Source: Candidatus Poseidoniaceae archaeon (GTDB taxonomy: Archaea > Thermoplasmatota > Poseidoniia > Poseidoniales > Poseidoniaceae). From it: a DNA stretch of 64,000 bases. Shown piece by piece: positions 1 through 8,015 of the stretch. A program made the translations under genes and the position numbers. The stretch lies in contig CBFIJH010000002.1 in assembly GCA_965662895.1 (NCBI GenBank), forward strand, positions 1 to 64,000, given 5' to 3'. Below the pieces are notes generated by a model that saw only the letters and a program-made list of their open reading frames with translations, made no database searches and had not been told where the DNA came from. How positions within the stretch are numbered: position 1 is the stretch's first letter; every line of letters begins with the position of its first letter.

Positions 1-932
1 TTGCATGCGAGAACGTGATACGTTTCGAGGAATCGAATGCTGATCAGTTTCTTAACCAAAGCTCTCCATTTGCTCTGTCGCGATTCTTCGTCAGCCTCAG
101 GAAACGGCTTTTCGAGCATAGGATACGCCCAACGTTCGGCAAAAGGAAGCGTGGAGTAACGTTCCTCAAGATTCCGAGCCATTTGTGCACCGAGTGGCTT
201 GAGTTGCCCTTTCGCACGAGCTTTGCGGGAAGTCGTCATTCCGGTTATCCGGTATATGTTGGAAGAGTTTGGATTGCCGAGATTCTTGATCATTCCAGAA
301 GGTCCGGTCGTGTTGAACGGTTCAATCGCATAAATGCCCCCTTCTTCAACAACCCCTTTGAAGCCCTGATTGTCAGGACCACAAGCATAGGACGGAACGG
401 AAACGCCAGCATGGAGTTCCCATGGTTTGAGTTGATGTCCACACAAATTCCGGATTGGTTGGAAACCGGCATCAAGTGATGGTTGTGCAGCGGCTTGACC
501 GACTTTGTACCATGGTGTCCCCGGATGGAGCATCTCAATCGCAGCATCACGCGCTTCTTTTGCAGCCTTGATTTGTTCCGTATGTTCATTCCCATTTCCG
601 ATTTCAAACGTCAGTGCATTATCTGCAATGTGTCCTTTGATGTGAACTCCGAAATCGATTTTGACACAATCTCCCTTCTGGAGAACCATCTCGCCATCCC
701 AGCCTTCGACCTGACGAATGGCATGATCTGTTGTGAAATGTGCTGCGAGATCGTTCACTGCGATTGTACCGGGAAATGCTGGTTTCCCTCCGTGACGATG
801 AATGTAGCGCTCAGCGGACTCAATGACTTCGTGAAATGTCTTTCCGGGCGTTAATTCAAGCTTCATCGCTTCGAGCGTTCGCCGGGCGACGTGACCTGCA
901 TCTTTCCAATATTTCAGTGTCGATTCTTCCAC
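1..932 (-). CDS. map: Methionine aminopeptidase, type II (3' end runs off the window)
   Basis: Not in the ORF track. Manual minus-strand translation from GTG 932 gives MEESTLKYWKDAGHVARR...KPAFPGTIAVNDLAAHFT...VKIDFGVHIKGHIADNALT...NLCGHQLKPWELHAG...YAIEPFNTTG...RYSTLPFAERW, which carries the MetAP metal ligands and the type II insert. Confidence 0.93.
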   Translation of the reverse strand, partial: MEESTLKYWKDAGHVARRTLEAMKLELTPGKTFHEVIESAERYIHRHGGKPAFPGTIAVNDLAAHFTTDHAIRQVEGWDGEMVLQKGDCVKIDFGVHIKGHIADNALTFEIGNGNEHTEQIKAAKEARDAAIEMLHPGTPWYKVGQAAAQPSLDAGFQPIRNLCGHQLKPWELHAGVSVPSYACGPDNQGFKGVVEEGGIYAIEPFNTTGPSGMIKNLGNPNSSNIYRITGMTTSRKARAKGQLKPLGAQMARNLEERYSTLPFAERWAYPMLEKPFPEADEESRQSKWRALVKKLISIRFLETYHVLAC

Positions 933-1513
933 CAAGTGACCACGTCACGCGAAGGTACCACGCCTTCTCTGATAATAGTTACCAATGGTTCACCGTCATC
1001 GAAATCTAATTTGACAAAGGTGCTTCCAGGCCCCGTGCATCGATTCCCTTCAATAACGGCAAGAGCAGGCAAACCCAATTCTTCGGCTGCTTGTTTGACA
1101 GTGCTTGCGGGTTCTTCACCTGCTTCGTTCGCACTTGTTGCAGTGATGGGTCCAATGACTTCTGAAAGCGCGCGTGCGGCTGGATGTTCAAACACACGTA
1201 TCGCGATGTTTTCGCCTCCCAGACGTGCATCAACTGGTTGTTTTGCAGGATAGAGTATTGTCAGTGCGCCGCGAGGAAACGCTTCAACAAATTCCACAAT
1301 CCTAGAATCAACGGTTACCAAATCAGCGACCTGTTCAAGCGATGCAACGCCAAGCGAAACGGGTTTGTCCGAAGATCTTGATTTGAGTGCGAAGAGGGTG
1401 TCCAATCCTTCCTCTGTCGGTATGCAACCGAGACCAGGTAGGGTCGAAGTAGGGTATGCAACCACACCACCGGATTTGATGTAAGCAATCTGATCATTTG
1501 TGGGAATCGACAT
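914..1513 (-). CDS. L-threonylcarbamoyladenylate synthase (TsaC/Sua5/YrdC family, single domain)
   Basis: GGVVAYPTSTLPGLG, LKSRSSDKP, PITATSANEAG and PGSTFV motifs. Start moved to MSIPTND. Confidence 0.9.
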   Translation of the reverse strand: MSIPTNDQIAYIKSGGVVAYPTSTLPGLGCIPTEEGLDTLFALKSRSSDKPVSLGVASLEQVADLVTVDSRIVEFVEAFPRGALTILYPAKQPVDARLGGENIAIRVFEHPAARALSEVIGPITATSANEAGEEPASTVKQAAEELGLPALAVIEGNRCTGPGSTFVKLDFDDGEPLVTIIREGVVPSRDVVTWWKNRH

Positions 1514-1517
1514 GACA

Positions 1518-1790
1518 TCACTCACGAGTCCAGATGGACATGTGTTTGTTTGCGATTTCTTCTGCAAGTTCCTTGTCAGCAGTCTTGACGAGAAGTTTAC
1601 CGCTCGGATAGAGAGTTAAATCAGCAGGTCCCGTAAACGTACATACAATTCTTGATTGAACGCCAATCTCGAATCCACTTTCCACGATTCGAGCACCAAC
1701 TTGTTCAAGATCAATGGACGTGATTCCGTCTGGAACAATCTGCCATGAGGCTTGATTGCCACACAATTCCATAGCAAATCCGTCACTCAT
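1518..1790 (-). CDS. Hypothetical protein (90 aa)
   Basis: Tightly packed in a co-oriented run with a GAGGTGG RBS upstream. Contains LTLYPSGKLLVKT, resembling small alpha/beta archaeal proteins. Confidence 0.7.
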   Translation of the reverse strand: MSDGFAMELCGNQASWQIVPDGITSIDLEQVGARIVESGFEIGVQSRIVCTFTGPADLTLYPSGKLLVKTADKELAEEIANKHMSIWTRE

Positions 1791-1799
1791 GATTCCACC

Positions 1800-2861
1800 T
1801 CATAGTTCAGGACGCTTTGGTTTGTCTGACGGCGGGCCGCTTGGAGGACCGGAGGGAGGGCCACTGGGAGGGCCGGAAGGTGGACCGCTGGGAGGGCCAC
1901 TAGGAGGACCAGAGGGTGGGCCGCTTGGAGGACCACTTGGAGGACCACTTGGAGGTCCGGATGGAGGGCCACTGGGAGGACCGGATGGTGGCCCGCTTGG
2001 AGGCCCCGATGGAGGGCCGCTCGGAGGACCGGATGGTGGCCCGCTTGGAGGGCCGGATGGGGGTGGAGTTGGAAGAGCCGGGGGTGCAGGTCCAGTTTCA
2101 ACTGCCGGTTCTTGGACCGGAAGAGAAGGCTCAACTGGGGCTTCTAGGGGTGGCGAAGGGGAAACGAGCGGTGTTTGTGTCAGCAGATCAACAGGCGGTT
2201 GTTCGTTCACAACGGGTTTTGAGAGAAGTGGATCGACGGCGGGAGAAGAAAGCAGAGGATCTGGCGCAGATTCAGGCGATGATTCTGGTTTATCTTGTTC
2301 CCAAGGAGGGGTTCGTGGGCCATCTTCTTCGACGGTATCAAACGTACCTGCAGTAATTTTCGTTGAGCCTCCCTCTGCATTTTCACCAAAGAATGTGGAC
2401 ATTTGAACTTGGCTTGCCTCGATAAGTTCTCGTTCTTGCACGTTTCCGAAATCTCCGAGGTTTGCATCAAAAGCCCCCGAAAAGAGGCTTGTTCCGACAG
2501 CGTTTCCGAGTTGCTTTCCTTTTGCTTGTTGAAATTCAAAATCGGCTTCGTACGGTCCGAGCGACAGCGTTTGCCCTTGTCCTTCAAGTGAAAAGGTCCA
2601 TTCCCCATCACTGAGTTTGAATTCGAATGTAAACGAACGAGTTAGTCCTGGTCCAATTGAAGAAATGCCTGAAGTGGGTTCAACCTTCGTTCCAAGGCTT
2701 GTTGTTATCTCTGCATGAATCCCACCGATTGGAATCGCTGACTCATTGGTTAAATCGAGGGTTACCTCGACAATGTCCTCATCATCGTCGTCAATTTCCA
2801 TGCGAACGGTTTGCAAGAGGATTGAAAGGGAACCGGCTGTTGCTGAATGTTCTCCACTCAT
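1800..2861 (-). CDS. Hypothetical protein: N-terminal Ig/CARDB-like beta domain and C-terminal proline-rich (GPPS)n tail
   Basis: AGGTGAG RBS; beta-rich VTLDLTN...IGPGLTRSFTFEF N-terminus; 19 GPPS units near the C-terminus. Confidence 0.8.
   Translation of the reverse strand: MSGEHSATAGSLSILLQTVRMEIDDDDEDIVEVTLDLTNESAIPIGGIHAEITTSLGTKVEPTSGISSIGPGLTRSFTFEFKLSDGEWTFSLEGQGQTLSLGPYEADFEFQQAKGKQLGNAVGTSLFSGAFDANLGDFGNVQERELIEASQVQMSTFFGENAEGGSTKITAGTFDTVEEDGPRTPPWEQDKPESSPESAPDPLLSSPAVDPLLSKPVVNEQPPVDLLTQTPLVSPSPPLEAPVEPSLPVQEPAVETGPAPPALPTPPPSGPPSGPPSGPPSGPPSGPPSGPPSGPPSGPPSGPPSGPPSGPPSGPPSGPPSGPPSGPPSGPPSGPPSGPPSGPPSDKPKRPEL
1827..2066 (-). repeat. Coding 12-bp-period repeat encoding (GPPS)x19
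   Basis: Direct reading: degenerate 12-nt units, perfect at amino-acid level. Confidence 0.95.
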
Positions 2862-2890
2862 CGTCTCACCTGCTTACCGTAAACCCTTCT

Positions 2891-3451
2891 TCATTTTAAG
2901 TTCAGGCGCGTATCACTTGGAAGAGACCAGTCTACTGCAGCCACTGTGTGGTTGCTGACGTCAATGGACGTTCGATATTCTGCAGTTTTCGAACGGGCAC
3001 GCAAAACGTCTCTTAATCCAAACAACCAACCCAAGACAGGGATAAGATACCGAAGTTTGTGAAACGCTCGTGGTCCAAAATGGTGCAGTTCGAGCAAGGT
3101 TCCGTTGTCGTGAACAATCGCAATTCGGAATGCTCGCTGTCCAAGTGACCGACCATACGCTCGGCCTGTGTATTTCCAGTACAACCACAGCGAAGCAAAG
3201 AAAATCACCCAGGTCATGAGGAACGAGGAAGCGTATCGTGCATCTTCTGTAAGATAGGTCCAACTGATGAGAATTTCAAGAAATGTGAACCGACTCAGGA
3301 CCTGCAACAAGAGCGACATTGCAATAACATCGATTGCAAATGCTGCTATGCGACGCCAAACCGGTGCGATCAGCATGCCTTCAGGTGCGTTTGAAAGAAC
3401 CTGTTGTGCAAGTGTTCCGCCTTGATAGACCGTAACGGGGCTTTCCGCCAT
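2891..3451 (-). CDS. RDD family membrane protein
   Basis: APVWRRIAAFAID and GRSLGQRAFRIAIV, the RDD signatures. Start moved to MAESPV. Confidence 0.85.
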   Translation of the reverse strand: MAESPVTVYQGGTLAQQVLSNAPEGMLIAPVWRRIAAFAIDVIAMSLLLQVLSRFTFLEILISWTYLTEDARYASSFLMTWVIFFASLWLYWKYTGRAYGRSLGQRAFRIAIVHDNGTLLELHHFGPRAFHKLRYLIPVLGWLFGLRDVLRARSKTAEYRTSIDVSNHTVAAVDWSLPSDTRLNLK

Positions 3452-3488
3452 AGTGTCGCCAAATGCTGTTCGTTGTTGAACCTGCGTG

Positions 3489-5516
3489 TTAGCCGTTAAC
3501 CAAGTGCCAAGCAAAGAAACCGCGTTCTTCGGCCCAATCCAACCATGAGCGCCACGTTGAATCGTAGCGAAGGGTCTGCGGGTCACCAACAACGACAAGA
3601 CCGCGCTTCGCTCGAGTAATTGCCACATTTAGACGGCGGCGATCACTCAAGAAACCAACGATACCATCTGGGTTTGAACGGACTGCTGAAAAAATGATAA
3701 CATCCTTCTCTCGGCCTTGATATCCATCAACCGTATTGATTTCAAGACCTTCGAATGGCCCACCTTGGTCCCGTCCTTTGTTGCTGTCAAAAATGTCTGA
3801 GAGCGCTCGAACTTGTCCACTGTATGGGGTAATGATGCCAATATCGCTTGGGTTGACGTCGCCAGGTTGGAGTAATCCTTGGACCAAGTCGTAAATGCGA
3901 GCAGCTTCGATAGGGTTGCTGCGGCTTCCTCCTTCTTGTTCCTCATCTTCCACACCTTCAATTGGAATAAATGCGAACGGATGGTCCCAATCGGGCCAAA
4001 GGAATCCGGCAGGAGCAGGACGTTCTGCGGCAGTACAACCATCTTGCAACTTATCTTCGTAGAATCGTGCGCTTGGGAATTCTCTCAAAACAGGATGCAT
4101 TCTGTACTGTACATCGAGAAGATGGGTTTGAATTCCTACATCGACAAGACGCTCAAACAAGGAGCGCCCGAGTCCATTTTTTTGTGCATTGTTTGAGATG
4201 ACGGTCGGTGGTAATTGTCTGTGATCACCAACCAAAATCAATTGGCGGCATCCTTTGGATATCGGAATCAACGCACTCGGCTCGATGGCCTGAGTCGCCT
4301 CATCCATCAGCACAATTGGAAAACGGCGACCATCAAGGAGACGATGTCCTGAGCCAATGTTTGTTGAGCAGAGGACCTGTGCGTTATCGAGAATTGATGC
4401 AATCATTTCCTTTTCAAGACGACGTATCTCTTTCTTGTTGTGTTGAATGTCTCGATGAGCCAACCCCTTTTCTCGCCCTTTGAGTTTCGGCAGTGCTCTC
4501 TGCACCTCATCCATTTCATCGCGAACAATGGCGATTTCATCTTGTTTCGGATGATCCTCCAATTGGGCATCAAGGGTTGCCATTCGCAAGGTTTCACGAA
4601 CCTTGACAGGGCGACCGATTCGAACAGCACGCACACCAAGTTCCAACAGCCCTTCCAACAGATTGTCCACTGCCACGTTGGATTCAGCTGTTGCAAGAAT
4701 CGGCCCCCGCCCTTCACGTGCAAGTTGTGCAAGGGTTGCCACCGCAGTATGTGTTTTTCCGGTTCCTGGGGGACCTTGTATGATGGTGACTCGTCGCGAC
4801 ATAGCGGCCATCTTCGCTTCGTTTTGCGATGGGTTCAAATCAACGGGGACGGGCTCAAGATGGCGAAATTTTCCTGAAATCTTTGGCGGCATGGAAGCAT
4901 TGTCTTCGGGATCATGCACCTGGCCAAGCAAAACATCACGCAGGATTGTACCTCGATCGCCTTCGGTGGAATGGAACATTTCAAGGGCTTCTTTCATTCG
5001 ATCATGAGCGACTCTATTGGCACCCCTGTCGAGGCGCCATGTTCCTTTTCTCAAATCTTTAGGACGTTGAGAAACAACGACGCGTAGACGTGTCGGTCCT
5101 CGTTCAAGAACGATGCCTTCAATGGTTTTCTCGCCGAGTGGTTTCGAGCGACTGATGACGACAATGTCGCCATGAGTGAAACGGTGTTGGCCGAGATGTT
5201 GACGTTCTGGATGCTCAAAGACAAGAATATCGTCTCCGTACAGTTTACCATTCGTCCGAGCACGAAGTCCGAGAAGCGCAAGACCAGAAGCCTGCAAGCG
5301 ATGATGCGACCACGATGACCAGCGTTCTTGAATCATCGATGTTTCTTCTTCCAATTCTTGGTCGAGGAGTTCGTTGAAGTGGCGGAAATGGTCCTGTCCG
5401 CGCCGCCAAATGCCAGCGTCCTCACCTTCAGGTTCGACATCCATGGACGATGATGAACTGTCCATGCGCCGGACTTTTCCTCGCTCGCCCATGGCTTCTC
5501 CACCTGCTGCCATCAT
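3489..5516 (-). CDS. Superfamily 1 helicase, Upf1/DNA2-NAM7/IGHMBP2-like
   Basis: QGPPGTGKT, SNVAVDNL, DEATQ, LVGDHRQLPP, QYRMHP, TVDGYQGREKD and NVAITRAK motifs. Exact start Met uncertain. Confidence 0.93.
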   Translation of the reverse strand: MMAAGGEAMGERGKVRRMDSSSSSMDVEPEGEDAGIWRRGQDHFRHFNELLDQELEEETSMIQERWSSWSHHRLQASGLALLGLRARTNGKLYGDDILVFEHPERQHLGQHRFTHGDIVVISRSKPLGEKTIEGIVLERGPTRLRVVVSQRPKDLRKGTWRLDRGANRVAHDRMKEALEMFHSTEGDRGTILRDVLLGQVHDPEDNASMPPKISGKFRHLEPVPVDLNPSQNEAKMAAMSRRVTIIQGPPGTGKTHTAVATLAQLAREGRGPILATAESNVAVDNLLEGLLELGVRAVRIGRPVKVRETLRMATLDAQLEDHPKQDEIAIVRDEMDEVQRALPKLKGREKGLAHRDIQHNKKEIRRLEKEMIASILDNAQVLCSTNIGSGHRLLDGRRFPIVLMDEATQAIEPSALIPISKGCRQLILVGDHRQLPPTVISNNAQKNGLGRSLFERLVDVGIQTHLLDVQYRMHPVLREFPSARFYEDKLQDGCTAAERPAPAGFLWPDWDHPFAFIPIEGVEDEEQEGGSRSNPIEAARIYDLVQGLLQPGDVNPSDIGIITPYSGQVRALSDIFDSNKGRDQGGPFEGLEINTVDGYQGREKDVIIFSAVRSNPDGIVGFLSDRRRLNVAITRAKRGLVVVGDPQTLRYDSTWRSWLDWAEERGFFAWHLVNG

Positions 5517-5602
5517 TTCAGGCTATGGCGAATGAAGCATTCATCGCTCGCGAGATGGTGATGCTTAAACCACAAGTGCCCGCCGTAAAAATAGGCGAGA
5601 CA

Positions 5603-6646
5603 ATGTTTTGGAAGCGCAAGAAGAATACGGACGAGGAAGGAAATCCTTGTCCGTTTTGCGGTGCTCAGAACGAAGTCGATGCGAACACCTGCGTCCAGTG
5701 CTACTATGACCTGACCAAACCTGCCCGAGACCAACATCTTGAGGTTGGTTCTGACGTACAGAACGATTTGCTTTCAACACTCATGGATGACGATGACACC
5801 GAGGACGATGATGACTTTGCAGTCGAGGCGGTTTTGGACCTCGAAGACGTAACGGTTGAAGTTGAACAGTACGATGATCCGTTGGCGGATGATGATTTTT
5901 CATTTATTGACAGCAAAGGTCCAACACTCTCAGAAACGGTTGAATTCGAAAAACAGGAAAATGTCGAATTAACTGCAGCCGATGCCCCTGTGATTGAAGA
6001 ACGATTTGAGGTTCCTGATGCAAACCCTCTCGATGAAGTCGAAGAGCCAGTACATACAGGCCAAGGGCAGTTGATTCAATCGAGTGATGAAGAAGAAGAC
6101 GTCGATTTCACCGGCACTGTTGGACCCAGTCCAGTCGCCGTTCCGGACCTCCCAGAAGGTGATGACGAAATCCCAATGCCGCCTGAAGCATTTACAATTC
6201 CCGACATACCAGATGATTTCGATGAAGAAGAGGTTCGCATCCCAGATTTGCCTGAAGACGAGGTTGTTCCTGACTTACCTGATGACCAGATCATCGAGGT
6301 TGCTGTGGAAAAAACAGAACCGGAAGATGTTGTTGCTCCAGAGGTCGAAGCGAGTACTCGAATATGGCCATGGCCTGCCGGCGAACCCATGGATCCACGA
6401 GAAGTGCATCGAATTGTTGTTGAATCTCTTGGTTTGGTTCGGGCAGGGCGCATCGCCGAAGCTGAACACAACATCGATACGCTTGGACCTCAATTGGGAG
6501 ACGATGTTTCTTTGCTGTATCATATCGGCCTCATCTTGCAACAGGCAGGAAGAACCGAACATCTCAACTGGATGCTTGAAATGGCACGACGTGTCCATCC
6601 AAACGATGAGAACGTAATGAATGCAATCTCACATTTGTCTTCATGA
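5603..6646 (+). CDS. Zinc-ribbon protein with long acidic/PDLP-repeat linker and C-terminal TPR-like helices
   Basis: CPFC-x10-CVQC; D/E-rich middle; helical C-terminus (LLYHIGLILQQAGR...ARRVHPND). Start moved to MFWKRKK. Confidence 0.75.
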   Translation: MFWKRKKNTDEEGNPCPFCGAQNEVDANTCVQCYYDLTKPARDQHLEVGSDVQNDLLSTLMDDDDTEDDDDFAVEAVLDLEDVTVEVEQYDDPLADDDFSFIDSKGPTLSETVEFEKQENVELTAADAPVIEERFEVPDANPLDEVEEPVHTGQGQLIQSSDEEEDVDFTGTVGPSPVAVPDLPEGDDEIPMPPEAFTIPDIPDDFDEEEVRIPDLPEDEVVPDLPDDQIIEVAVEKTEPEDVVAPEVEASTRIWPWPAGEPMDPREVHRIVVESLGLVRAGRIAEAEHNIDTLGPQLGDDVSLLYHIGLILQQAGRTEHLNWMLEMARRVHPNDENVMNAISHLSS

Positions 6647-7221
6647 GGGATATTATGCCACCAACACCAAATCTTCCCGATTTGACAGGAGGATATTCGT
6701 TGCGTCCTGTTTCCAAAGCCATCCTTCCGATGGTTATTGAAGCATATACAGAAGATCCAGAATCTGCAAAGGCAGCGTTACCATGGCTCAAGAACGATGA
6801 AAACATTACGCGCCAATTGGCCGACATGTTGCATGATTTGGAACATCTTTCGAATGCTGATCGCGTCCATTTTTGGTCCATTCACGATGATGAAAACACA
6901 TTCATCGGCTTGATCGGTCTTGGTGACGAAATGCAACTGGTTCATTCAAATTACAATCTCGGTTATTGGGTGCGGAAGGGATTTCGGAACCGTCGTATTG
7001 CATCAAACGCAGTGGATGCGGTCCTCAATTGGCTTGATTCAAGAGGCACTCCACTTCGCATCGAGATTACCGTTCATCCCAGAAATGAGGCCGGTTTGGT
7101 AACGGCTGAACGTATCTGCCAACGATGGAACGGTCAAATGATTGACGAATTTATTGGAATTGAATTGAATGAGAAGACGGTCCCGCACAAAATCCATGTT
7201 ATTGATTTGCCGCGGATGTGA
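6643..7221 (+). CDS. GNAT N-acetyltransferase (RimJ/RimL type)
   Basis: FIGLIGL, NLGYWVRKGFRNRRIA and VHPRNEAG. Confidence 0.85.
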   Translation: MRDIMPPTPNLPDLTGGYSLRPVSKAILPMVIEAYTEDPESAKAALPWLKNDENITRQLADMLHDLEHLSNADRVHFWSIHDDENTFIGLIGLGDEMQLVHSNYNLGYWVRKGFRNRRIASNAVDAVLNWLDSRGTPLRIEITVHPRNEAGLVTAERICQRWNGQMIDEFIGIELNEKTVPHKIHVIDLPRM

Positions 7222-8015
7222 AAGCCTTGCCTCGCACGTGGTTGACGATTGACACGGATGATGTTCGACACGTTCCTTCCAATCAAGGACATCCAACTCG
7301 CTCGAAACCTGACCAACGTTTGCCAGACCTATCTGAACGCTTCAAATTAGGACTGAAGGGGTTTGCATCTTGGATGAGGACACACGATTATCCTGTCACA
7401 ATGTTCGTTATTGCTGATCAATGTGAATCCGACGAATTTGTTCAACTGATGACAGAACTTTGCGTTGAATTTGGCCATCGCATTACCATTGGATGTCACG
7501 GTTTGCATCACCGCAGTTGGTCGGCATGGCCAAAGGATGTTGATGGATTTTCACAAGACATATCCCAATCCGTCTCTATTTTGAACCATCATTTTCCACA
7601 GCAATTCAAACGATGGTTTCGAGCGCCTGCAGGATACATTGCTTCATGGATGGTTTCGGTATTGGACGAACAGGGCTTTCTGGTTGATTCATCGATTAAC
7701 CCTTCATGGCTGGTTTCCAAGAAATACGGGAAAAATGAGACGTGGAAAACCGTCCAGTCAACAGTGAAGCAAAGCAGGCTTATCGAACGACCATGGAAAA
7801 CAAGATTCTCCCTACCGACATGCGGCCCTGCTCAACACATTCCTGGATTGCGATGGAATGCGAAACGCGCATGGAAACACTTGGAGAAACCACTTACAGT
7901 CGATGAAATGAGTGTTGTAGAAAATCCGGATATTGAATTGGATACCGTCTATTGGCACGTTCTTGATCATGCACGAAACAATGGCACTTGGATTCCAGAT
8001 ATCAAAGGCTTGTAA
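7218..8015 (+). CDS. Polysaccharide deacetylase family protein
   Basis: LTIDTDD, TMFVIA, IGCHGLHH, FRAPAG and VDSS, the NodB-like motifs. Confidence 0.85.
   Translation: MKALPRTWLTIDTDDVRHVPSNQGHPTRSKPDQRLPDLSERFKLGLKGFASWMRTHDYPVTMFVIADQCESDEFVQLMTELCVEFGHRITIGCHGLHHRSWSAWPKDVDGFSQDISQSVSILNHHFPQQFKRWFRAPAGYIASWMVSVLDEQGFLVDSSINPSWLVSKKYGKNETWKTVQSTVKQSRLIERPWKTRFSLPTCGPAQHIPGLRWNAKRAWKHLEKPLTVDEMSVVENPDIELDTVYWHVLDHARNNGTWIPDIKGL

Noticed and set aside
15-854. Plus-strand ORFs 15-479 and 483-854
   Set aside because: They are antisense to the map gene, which the ORF track missed because it runs off the window edge.
1827-2066. Possible CRISPR array or non-coding VNTR
   Set aside because: There are no spacers, and the 12-nt period lies within a coding frame.
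1756-2406. Plus-strand ORF with (L/D/E)GGP collagen-like repeats
   Set aside because: It is the antisense shadow of the GPPS repeat. The variable residue tracks synonymous Ser codons of the minus-strand gene, which has an RBS and operon context.
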